A stretch of 55,725 nt of DNA, the filler included, from Stramenopiles sp. TOSAG23-2 (taxonomy: Eukaryota): assembly GCA_900128395.1 (NCBI GenBank). It is 3 parts of 3 records of this genome, joined end to end, with 100 filler letters (N's around TTAATTAATTAA, not from the genome) between each part and the next. Parts side by side here need not be neighbours in the genome. Positions count along the whole stretch, not along the records: positions 1 to 18,635 come from LT649603.1; 2 more parts are not named here. One strand, written 5' to 3'. Within the stretch, counting starts at the first letter, position 1. Each line of letters starts with the position of its first letter. The notes under the pieces are model-generated. The model was not told the DNA's origin. It did no database searches and worked only from the letters and a program-made list of their open reading frames with translations. A program made the position numbers and the translations under genes. Positions 1 to 8,896 of this stretch are shown here, in pieces.

Positions 1-9
1 TCTAATATA

Positions 10-2718
10 TTACAAACCTGTGGAATAAAATGGTGACAATCTAGGTGGTCGTAAAGTATCATTTTCACCAACACCACCATCACTATCATCATTACTACTA
101 CTTTTATATCTTTGAATTACACGACGGCGAGGTGTACTAGTAGCATTATTATTATTATTATTATGATTATCATTGAAACCACCGTCAAACATTCGTTTTC
201 GATAAACAAGAATATATACACTGGATGTATCGATATCTAAATTTTTTTTCCATTGTTGTGATTTTAATGGTCTTGATTTTTCATCATTGAAAAAAATCCA
301 ATTTTCCTCCCCTAAACAACTGTATGCAGTATAATGACCAGATGATAAACTACCAACATGCGTGGACAAGGCAACTAAATCGTACATATATTCATTATTA
401 TCTAGCTGATCTCCATTTACAACAACATTTTCACACATATATGGTGCCATATCAAGTCCAGTGACAGGGAATTCAACATTTGATGTTATTTTTTTCAAAT
501 CAGATTCAAAACGTTTTAATAATACAACTAAAACGGTTGGCAATTTAATAAATTTCAAATCTTTCTTCGCTTGTACTCTTTTTTTACATTCAGAACAATG
601 ATATTCCAATGAATCTTCCGTTTGTGTATAATGATGAAAACAATCTTGTAATGATATTGAACTTCTGGAATCTTCATTATTTGGTCGATGTGTAAATGTC
701 GTATGTAGAAAAGCGGCAGATGCTTTTTCGTCATCATATATTGAATCTTCATACCAATCAAATGTAACATGCATTTTACGGCTAGGTAACCAATTATGTA
801 CATTATCATCACCATCTGGGACATCGGAACCTCTTCTCCATAATAATGAATTCGATGATACAATACGCAAAATACCATATCGTAATAATTGTAACAGATG
901 ATCCGCATTGTTCTCATCAAACCATAATGATGATGTTGATGAGGAATCATCATTTTCCTTTTGTATCATATTTACATCAACCGATTTTAACACTTCATAA
1001 CATGTTCTAGCATTAAATTGAATAGTACCACAATCATTTGGTACAAATACTAAACCTGGACGGCCGATTATTGTATACTTTCCACCATTATCTTCTTTAT
1101 AGATACGATGTACGAATGGAACAAATGTACCATTATACTCCAAAATTTCATTGTCGTAAACATTGTTGTTATTGTTATTATTATTATTATTATTATTTAC
1201 ATCTATATCATCCTCATCGTAATCATTTGAAAACGTTTTCGTATCATTAAAACTAGATTTATATATTGAATTATCCATTTCAAATGCATACAACATTTCC
1301 CCACCAGATAAACGCTTTAATCCATCACTTGTTATGCAAACATCTGACACAGCCCCCGTTCCATCGTTTGCTACTGTGCATAAAATAATATTTGATGGTC
1401 TTGTATCTCGACCATATTGTTCAGCAATCATATCAACACATGATTTTGTTATGGTTAAAATTTCTGGATTTTTAAATACCCAAAAACCAAACACTACAGG
1501 TTCCGATTCTAAATCAGATGGAAATACTTTAACATTGATAAAAATAGATGGTGGAGGTAAAGGTAACGATATTTGCCATGATGTATCGAAACTTGGATTG
1601 CTATGAGAGCAGATTCCACAAGCCACAGTCGAACGAACTTGGCCTAGGAAAATATCCATCAATGGACTTTGATTAGACAATTTATACTCTGCTAATGTAC
1701 GCACGGATCTTTCATGTGCATTTAAATGATCAAAACTAGATCCACGTCGTCTATATTTAGAATGCTTTGCACAATTTAAATCTTCATGCAAATTATCAAT
1801 TAATGTTGTTAAAAATTCATGTGAATCTTGATGTTCCGTCCCACCAAACATTTTATACTTTTTTACGATGGTTTTACGAAATTTAATTGGTGCAACTGCA
1901 GTAAATTCATTTCCCCACATTTCATTTAAAAGCTCACCAACTGCTAATGCTAATTTTCCATGTGTACCAAATTTGGAATCATAATTGATACGAGTTTGTA
2001 ATTCTGGATTTAAAAAAATATGACGAAATTCCGGAATAGCACTGAGACATTGTAATGTTGAATTGATATAACATGTATTGCCTAAATTAATTAATCCACA
2101 TGAACCGTTAATATATGGTTTTCCAAGTACATTTTTTACTTGTCTTTTTGACAAAGGTGAGCCACTGAACGGTGAGGATACAGTAGAATACAATTGTTCA
2201 AAAAAATTTGAACCACCACTACTGCTGCTTCTACCACGTGTATTATTATTATTTGATTCGTTATTAAATTCATCATCATCATAATCGAAAAAATTATCAT
2301 CATCATCATCATCTTGTTCGACGGAAAAAAAGAATTTAGATGCGTCATACATATATATATATATTGATAAATATATTAAAAACATAGACATAATAAAACC
2401 ATACATATTGTCATACTTTACTAAATGGCGTATATCAAGTAGGTTTATGATATTATTGTAATAATTATTATTGATGCTGTAATAATTTTCCTCTATTTGA
2501 ATATCTTTATCGATATCTATAGATGCATCTTCATTCTTCGTATCATCTACATCATCTTCATTTATTATTATATTTTTCATATTGTGCTGGTCAACCACGA
2601 TATTGTCTATTTTATTCATAACTAACATTACATTTGTAATTCCTACAATAATTAATATTATACAAAAAACAATTTGGAACAAATTGATTAATTTTTTATA
2701 GCATCGATTGTTTTTCAT
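10..2718 (-). CDS. Ubiquitin-specific protease (peptidase C19), split catalytic domain, N-terminal hydrophobic segments
   Basis: Cys box GLINLGNTCYINSTLQCL, HQDSHEFL, CxxC fingers, His box HVGSLSSGHYTAY...WIFFNDE. First ATG is at 2718; the ORF track starts at a GTG at 2751. Confidence 0.92.
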   Translation of the reverse strand: MKNNRCYKKLINLFQIVFCIILIIVGITNVMLVMNKIDNIVVDQHNMKNIIINEDDVDDTKNEDASIDIDKDIQIEENYYSINNNYYNNIINLLDIRHLVKYDNMYGFIMSMFLIYLSIYIYMYDASKFFFSVEQDDDDDDNFFDYDDDEFNNESNNNNTRGRSSSSGGSNFFEQLYSTVSSPFSGSPLSKRQVKNVLGKPYINGSCGLINLGNTCYINSTLQCLSAIPEFRHIFLNPELQTRINYDSKFGTHGKLALAVGELLNEMWGNEFTAVAPIKFRKTIVKKYKMFGGTEHQDSHEFLTTLIDNLHEDLNCAKHSKYRRRGSSFDHLNAHERSVRTLAEYKLSNQSPLMDIFLGQVRSTVACGICSHSNPSFDTSWQISLPLPPPSIFINVKVFPSDLESEPVVFGFWVFKNPEILTITKSCVDMIAEQYGRDTRPSNIILCTVANDGTGAVSDVCITSDGLKRLSGGEMLYAFEMDNSIYKSSFNDTKTFSNDYDEDDIDVNNNNNNNNNNNNVYDNEILEYNGTFVPFVHRIYKEDNGGKYTIIGRPGLVFVPNDCGTIQFNARTCYEVLKSVDVNMIQKENDDSSSTSSLWFDENNADHLLQLLRYGILRIVSSNSLLWRRGSDVPDGDDNVHNWLPSRKMHVTFDWYEDSIYDDEKASAAFLHTTFTHRPNNEDSRSSISLQDCFHHYTQTEDSLEYHCSECKKRVQAKKDLKFIKLPTVLVVLLKRFESDLKKITSNVEFPVTGLDMAPYMCENVVVNGDQLDNNEYMYDLVALSTHVGSLSSGHYTAYSCLGEENWIFFNDEKSRPLKSQQWKKNLDIDTSSVYILVYRKRMFDGGFNDNHNNNNNNATSTPRRRVIQRYKSSSNDDSDGGVGENDTLRPPRLSPFYSTGL

Positions 2719-2890
2719 CTTTAAAAAATTGTTTAGTCGTCTTTCCGTCACACTTCTATATAATATTTTCGTAACGATATGAAAATGTGTTAAAGAATAG
2801 ACGAATTGATTAATAAGTGCTAGTAAGATATAATATCATATGTAGAACGAATGGTAGAAAGCAATTATAAAAGTAAAAATTAAAGTAAGC

Positions 2891-4588
2891 ATGAAATGTA
2901 TCATAGTAAAACAAGTTTTATATCATATTATATTGATAATATTATATCTCCAAATTTGTTGTTATGTAAATATTATTGCATCAACCAGTACGAGAAAAAA
3001 TAATAATAATAAAATTTATGTTGATTCATCTGTTGGGCGATTTGTACTACCAGATAAGCGGGAAGCGACATTTCATGGTATTTGTTTAACGGAATCTTCT
3101 ACATTACAAACCGTCTCAGGATTAGTAAATATTACGGATGAAAAGGCGGCAATGTTGAAAAATTTAGGATTTAATATTATTCGGATAGGTTTTCATTGGA
3201 ATTTATATGAAATTTCCCCAAATATATTTAATGAAACATATATGATAGAATTAGAAAATTTAGTAAATAGGCTTGGTAATAAACATGATTTTTATATTAT
3301 ATTAGATATGCATCAAGATCAAATGTCGGAACGTTTTTGTGCAGGGCATGGAATACCATCATTTTACTCTACCGTGAATTTGCCGGAATATAATAATAAT
3401 AATAGTAAAGCATATCCACAACCAGTTGCAGTACCAATAATTAATAAATCAGCAACAGAACCTCCATTTATTCAATGCGAACCATTTTTACATAATCATC
3501 ACGGTTCTGCAGTTTCATTGTATACTTATTATTTAGGTAAAGCATTTCAAAATTTATATGATAATGTTAATGGTGCATTGGATGCATATGGTAGATTTTG
3601 GAAAAAAGTTGCTAGTAAATTTGTAAATAATAAATATATTTTTGCATATGAAATTTTAAATGAGCCATGGTATGGCGAAATTCCTATCTTAAATGATAAT
3701 TTGCCGGGTGGAGTAGATGGTTATTCCGTAAATGATACATTATATTTTGCAAAGTATAATGTAAAAAATTTACAAAATAAATTAAATATTGCCATACACA
3801 ATGCAATCCGTTCAATTGATAAAGATACCATATTATTGTTTGAACCAGCTGCGGGAGGATCAAGATATGATATTATGCCATCAGGATTTACAAAAGGTCC
3901 AGGTGGTAATGCATTTAATGATCGTCAAGCATTTGCATACCATTTATATTGTGCGAATGCTACGAATGGAGGCCCATGGGGTGAAGGTAATCAAGAGGAT
4001 TATGATGTGCAATCATCATCATGTGCTACGTACGTAAATACTTCTGTACATATACGGACAAATGATGCAAGAAAAGCTGGATCTGCTGGAGCTACAATAG
4101 TTACTGAATTTGGTTGTACAAATAATGATACAGTTGGTATCAATGCAATGGAGAAAAGTTTAAGTGGATTTGAAAGTGTTAAAAATAGTTGGACTATTTG
4201 GAGCGTACAAATGATGCATTATTTCCAAGTTGGTGGTGTACCTGGTATAAAATGGAAAGCATCTCCACCTCCACCAAACTTTATAAATGTATTAGCTAGA
4301 CCATACGTACGATATTTAGCAAATGCGCAACTTGTTAATAGTACATATGTAGGAGAAAAAAATCTATTAATTTTTTTCATTTTGCCAAATTTTTCTTTGC
4401 CAATATTGGAAACAGAAATTTATTTTCCATGTAATCAAGGGAGATTATTAAATATCGAATTTCAATCAAAATATGTTTCTGCTTCTGTGGTTTCCTTTAA
4501 TAATATTTCGATAAATTATGTATTAAAAGAAGAAAGTAATGATTATAATTTTGAAGTTGTAGTGGAAGGGATTGTTCGTTGTGAGTGA
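2891..4588 (+). CDS. Secreted glycoside hydrolase family 5, endoglycoceramidase-like
   Basis: Signal-peptide-like N-terminus; LGFNIIRIGFHW, ILDMHQD, acid/base motif YEILNEP, AYHLYC, nucleophile motif IVTEFG. Confidence 0.85.
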   Translation: MKCIIVKQVLYHIILIILYLQICCYVNIIASTSTRKNNNNKIYVDSSVGRFVLPDKREATFHGICLTESSTLQTVSGLVNITDEKAAMLKNLGFNIIRIGFHWNLYEISPNIFNETYMIELENLVNRLGNKHDFYIILDMHQDQMSERFCAGHGIPSFYSTVNLPEYNNNNSKAYPQPVAVPIINKSATEPPFIQCEPFLHNHHGSAVSLYTYYLGKAFQNLYDNVNGALDAYGRFWKKVASKFVNNKYIFAYEILNEPWYGEIPILNDNLPGGVDGYSVNDTLYFAKYNVKNLQNKLNIAIHNAIRSIDKDTILLFEPAAGGSRYDIMPSGFTKGPGGNAFNDRQAFAYHLYCANATNGGPWGEGNQEDYDVQSSSCATYVNTSVHIRTNDARKAGSAGATIVTEFGCTNNDTVGINAMEKSLSGFESVKNSWTIWSVQMMHYFQVGGVPGIKWKASPPPPNFINVLARPYVRYLANAQLVNSTYVGEKNLLIFFILPNFSLPILETEIYFPCNQGRLLNIEFQSKYVSASVVSFNNISINYVLKEESNDYNFEVVVEGIVRCE

Positions 4589-4657
4589 GAGAGATAGAGA
4601 TAGAGAGAGGGGGTTGTTTAAATTGAATTTTTATATACAATGTTTCTAATTTATTTT

Positions 4658-5185
4658 TTACAACGATTTTAAATGTACCGCCACTTCTACCCGATACCAT
4701 AACTCAGTCCCCTTTTTGTATAACGTCCCCAAAGCATTTGCAACACGGTGCAGGGCAAAGTCAACTACAGTGCCAATGTCGTTATCAATAACTTCAGTCA
4801 TTAAAATAGATCCATCATGTATCAGTGCATAATCCAACAAAAACAACAGTAATTGGAACCCATTTTTATCTTTGCAGTTGTCAACGGCTACATGCAACAT
4901 ATTTAGTTGAGTATCACGATGAAATAAAAGGGTTGGATTACCGTTTATTTCTTCGTCAACTTTCAGCAAATATTTAACTAAATGTTGTTTACCGAAATAA
5001 ATAGCGGTGAAAAAGCTACAGAAACATCGCTGTGTTTTTGTATTTGTTCCAGGTAAAGTCAAACACCGGAAAAACTGTTCAGTTCCGCTAGTGTACTTCA
5101 CAAATTTACGCATAAATGTCATGTCTCCTCTTTCACATGCAACGCATATATGCGTGAATCCTTTGCATTGTCGATCGTTGCACAT
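4658..5185 (-). CDS. Small ankyrin-repeat-like protein
   Basis: 175-aa ORF with degenerate ankyrin helices (ACERGD, FFTAIYFGKQHLVKYLL, NMLHVAV, GTVVDFA). It fills the space between two glycosidase genes. Confidence 0.6.
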   Translation of the reverse strand: MCNDRQCKGFTHICVACERGDMTFMRKFVKYTSGTEQFFRCLTLPGTNTKTQRCFCSFFTAIYFGKQHLVKYLLKVDEEINGNPTLLFHRDTQLNMLHVAVDNCKDKNGFQLLLFLLDYALIHDGSILMTEVIDNDIGTVVDFALHRVANALGTLYKKGTELWYRVEVAVHLKSL

Positions 5186-6737
5186 GTTCTTATCAATTTA
5201 CGTAATTACATTCGTAATAATAGCAATAATTCAAAGTAGCAATGCAAATAATCTGAATTATGTTGCTTTCAGTTTTGATACTTCAGAAATCATTGGAAAC
5301 TTTTGGAGTGCGGGAAGTGCCTTATCGCAATTGAAAAAAGAAAGATTCCAAATATTAACAAAAGCTTTAATAGAAAACAAATATTCTTCTTCTAGCACAA
5401 CAGCCATTATACGCGTTGGTGGGACGGATGCGGATAATGTTTTTTGGAATGTTTCTGCTCCAGGTAAGCCAAAACCAAAATTTACAGGTGACAAATATAC
5501 TCTTAATTCCACAAGATTAGAAGTATTATGCAATTATATTCACTTAACCAATTTGTCTCTTGTTTTAGGATTAAATGGTGGAATTCATCATCGTTTTGAA
5601 TCAAATAAAAGTTGGAACCCTGCGCCAGCAAAGTCATTGTTGGAATATTTAACAAATCCAATTTCAAAATGTTATGGACATTTATATGCTGTTGAATTGA
5701 CAAATGAACCAAATCTTTTTTTAGAAAGTCAAAAGTTTTATTTATCTGGGAAGCAATTGGCCTTGGATTATGCCAAATTAAAAGAATTAATATTGGAATT
5801 AAATTTAACGGAAGTTAAGATAGCTGGTATAGATGTTGCATATCAATTTCCTATTGGATTAGGCCCCGTCGTCCCAACAACAAAATATTTTTTAGAACAT
5901 GGTGGTGGCAAGTATTTAGATATTCTAACATGGCATTGGTATGCATTAGAGTCTTCACGATGTCCATTCAAAGGAAAATTCAGCCCTGCGACACAATCTA
6001 CAGCAATGAGTTTAAATACTTTAAACAAAGGCGATAGATGGAACATAAAATTAAATGAATTGCAAGCAAAATATGCACCAAATTCAGAATTATGGTTAGG
6101 TGAAATGTCATTGGTAAGCTGTGGTGGTGCGGAAAATATTACAAATACATTTTGTGGCAGCTTTTGGTACATAGATGAGTTGTGTAGAAGAGCCTTGCAA
6201 GGAAATAAAGTAATTGTACGACAAACAATTACTGGTTCTCGATATGGAATGATTGATGCAACAACATTGAATCCACTTCCAGATTATTGGACAAGTTTAT
6301 TATATAATACACTTGTAGGAGCTAATGTACATAATGTAACAGCAATAAATGTTATTAGCAAAAATGATAACAACAACAATTTACGTGCATATGCATTTAG
6401 CAATAAAAACGATCCTAAACAATACCAGTATACTATTGTATTAATAAATATTGATCCAATGCTTGAGTTTAAAATTGATGAAATAAATATTGATGGTGTA
6501 GATATTTCAACAAAAATTAATAGTAGAATGGAATATCATATAAGATCAACATCATCCAATACCACTGTATCAAACATTTTAAGCAATAACAAAATCAAAG
6601 TGAATAACGTAACACTTGTAGTTGGAGCTGATAATGTAGTACCATCAATCGTTGATCTAGGTGCGATGAAAAATAATAATTTGAAAGATGAACCTTTGAG
6701 TATTGATCGATTGTCATTTGCATTCATTTTAATGTAA
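5184..6737 (+). CDS. Glycoside hydrolase family 79 (heparanase / beta-glucuronidase-like), secreted
   Basis: In-frame ATG at 5184 is followed by a signal peptide (MFLSIYVITFVIIAIIQSSNA); motifs IRVGGTDAD, VELTNEP, LWLGEMS, RQTITGSRYG, PLPDYW. Confidence 0.88.
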   Translation: MFLSIYVITFVIIAIIQSSNANNLNYVAFSFDTSEIIGNFWSAGSALSQLKKERFQILTKALIENKYSSSSTTAIIRVGGTDADNVFWNVSAPGKPKPKFTGDKYTLNSTRLEVLCNYIHLTNLSLVLGLNGGIHHRFESNKSWNPAPAKSLLEYLTNPISKCYGHLYAVELTNEPNLFLESQKFYLSGKQLALDYAKLKELILELNLTEVKIAGIDVAYQFPIGLGPVVPTTKYFLEHGGGKYLDILTWHWYALESSRCPFKGKFSPATQSTAMSLNTLNKGDRWNIKLNELQAKYAPNSELWLGEMSLVSCGGAENITNTFCGSFWYIDELCRRALQGNKVIVRQTITGSRYGMIDATTLNPLPDYWTSLLYNTLVGANVHNVTAINVISKNDNNNNLRAYAFSNKNDPKQYQYTIVLINIDPMLEFKIDEINIDGVDISTKINSRMEYHIRSTSSNTTVSNILSNNKIKVNNVTLVVGADNVVPSIVDLGAMKNNNLKDEPLSIDRLSFAFILM

Positions 6738-6812
6738 TGTGTGTTGACAATATACCGGTGAAGAAAAGTTCCCTGTGAAGTGAAGAGAGAGAAGTATCCG
6801 CGAGAAAGTATA

Positions 6813-8813
6813 TTAAAAATGGGGTTTTAATTGATTTAAGAGGATGGATTGGTCGTAATTAATTTTATCTTCTATCCCTATTTTCATATCGTCATTAAAC
6901 AATATAATGTTACTTCCTTCTTGAAGATTAATCGTTGAAAAAAATCCACTGATTTTCATTTCTTCCTCAAATAATTTCATTTCTTCCTCAAATTTCTCAT
7001 GTATACTGCCATAATTATTATATTGATATTTTAAGAACGGATGTTTATCATCAGTATTCACATCATCATCTTGAACACTACTTCCAGTACTACGAGATTG
7101 TGGATTCGAAGAACAACTGCTGCGACTATCGTCATCTCCATTACTTTTACTACTCATCTTTCTTATTGTTGGATTATTAATATCATCGATTTTTCTTACT
7201 AATAATTCAGATAAATACAACATTAAACTTTTTGAATTGATTACGGTTGCTACAATTTGCATATGAGTTGGATTGACACCATCAACACTTTTCGAAATCA
7301 TGACTGCAGCACCATATGCACCTGCTCCTGTATTCCAAGCTATGCATACAATTTGAACGACGATTAAAAAACTAATATATAAATTCAATAATGGTGCATT
7401 TGGTTTTAATTTGTTTAAATATAAGTTTAAACCTTGAATTAAATTATTAATACATGGTAATATTTGAATTGCTGAAAGAGAATACAATGCATATGAAGCG
7501 GAGGAGCCAATATCCCCAAGTAATCCATAATATTCTAAAGGTATTTCATAATGAATGTCAAGCAAATTTATCCAATTAATTACCCCTAATACAAACGTAT
7601 ATTGAAAGAATGTTCTAAGAAATCGAAATATAACGATTGCAAAGAAAAAACTTATGATTGGGCTGGAAATGAAATGAATACATTTCAATACAAAAACTGA
7701 AACATGTCGCATATTACAATTTGATCTGTAATAACTAGTAGCATTTACTGTCCAAGCACATCCCGACGATGCTGTAGTATTACTTATTGAGTCTTTTCTT
7801 GAATCTTTAAAAGCAGTTTTTGATAAGGGGAGGAAATTTGTATATAAAATTTCTGTACGTTCAGTATTGTTTGTAGCCAATAATAATCTACCAAACTGTA
7901 AAATGGTGTCACATAATTTAGTCATTCCACCCACACGAGCTGAAGCGTACATGAATAAATTAATAATGCAAAATGATACAGCTAAAACGAAATTGATTTC
8001 TTTCGTATCTGTTACGCATATAACAGAGTTATAACCAAGTAGTGAAAATATGATTCCAGCGCCAAGCGAAAAAATCAAGATAATTCCTTTTTTTAGCACT
8101 AGCAAAACATTTTTGATCTTTGTCGCTGTTGGCACATTCGTTGGTGGCACAAACGACGCATCAAACGAAGATCGTCTATTGCTATTGACTTCCAAACTCT
8201 CGATGTCTCTGATAGCTGTTTCAATATCGTCTTTTTTTTTAATACATGGAAAAATTATTTCCATTGCATTCTGTTGGTACTCATAGTTGAAGAATGAATT
8301 TAAGAATAAACTGAAGGTTCCATATATGATACCCTTAAATGCTTTTTCTTTAATGAACATAGATGACATTAAAAATGTACTTAGTAATTGGGCTGCGATG
8401 AAGATTTCTGAATGCCTATGATCTTTCTTGGTTGTATTAGATTTCGAAGTAAATACAATCCAAAGTAATGCTAAAATGCATATTAGACATATGATCGTGG
8501 GTAATTCTAAATTCCAATGTAAAACTGGTTGAATTGTCGTACGACATTCTTTGGTCACTGGATCTTTGCCTAAATTGAAATCAAAGGTTGCAAACAATGT
8601 CAATACAGCCGTCGGAATGGCCGTCACTATCGCAAGAAGAACCCAAAGAAGCGATTTATCCCCTTTTGCATTACTTTGAAGATCATTATCATGATTTTCT
8701 TCTTCTTTTGCCGAATTTGAAGTTGGCGATTCTGCTAATGGTTCATATGCTTTGGTGGTTGATGTTCCCGATGCAGTTGAATGAAAAGTATTACGTAAGT
8801 TACGTTCACTCAT
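6813..8813 (-). CDS. Multi-pass membrane protein of unknown function
   Basis: 666-aa ATG ORF with many hydrophobic helices and hydrophilic termini; no family motif recognised. Confidence 0.7.
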   Translation of the reverse strand: MSERNLRNTFHSTASGTSTTKAYEPLAESPTSNSAKEEENHDNDLQSNAKGDKSLLWVLLAIVTAIPTAVLTLFATFDFNLGKDPVTKECRTTIQPVLHWNLELPTIICLICILALLWIVFTSKSNTTKKDHRHSEIFIAAQLLSTFLMSSMFIKEKAFKGIIYGTFSLFLNSFFNYEYQQNAMEIIFPCIKKKDDIETAIRDIESLEVNSNRRSSFDASFVPPTNVPTATKIKNVLLVLKKGIILIFSLGAGIIFSLLGYNSVICVTDTKEINFVLAVSFCIINLFMYASARVGGMTKLCDTILQFGRLLLATNNTERTEILYTNFLPLSKTAFKDSRKDSISNTTASSGCAWTVNATSYYRSNCNMRHVSVFVLKCIHFISSPIISFFFAIVIFRFLRTFFQYTFVLGVINWINLLDIHYEIPLEYYGLLGDIGSSASYALYSLSAIQILPCINNLIQGLNLYLNKLKPNAPLLNLYISFLIVVQIVCIAWNTGAGAYGAAVMISKSVDGVNPTHMQIVATVINSKSLMLYLSELLVRKIDDINNPTIRKMSSKSNGDDDSRSSCSSNPQSRSTGSSVQDDDVNTDDKHPFLKYQYNNYGSIHEKFEEEMKLFEEEMKISGFFSTINLQEGSNIILFNDDMKIGIEDKINYDQSILLNQLKPHF

Positions 8814-8896
8814 CTCGTTCTTTTGTATGTTGTGTATACTATATTGATAGATAATTTGTTATATAAATAATGTTATAATTAAAATGTTCTATGTTT

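Noticed and set aside
5007-5183. 59-aa N-terminal extension of GH79, and other GTG/TTG starts in the ORF track
   Set aside because: Eukaryotic genes; the downstream ATGs give proper signal peptides or family N-termini.
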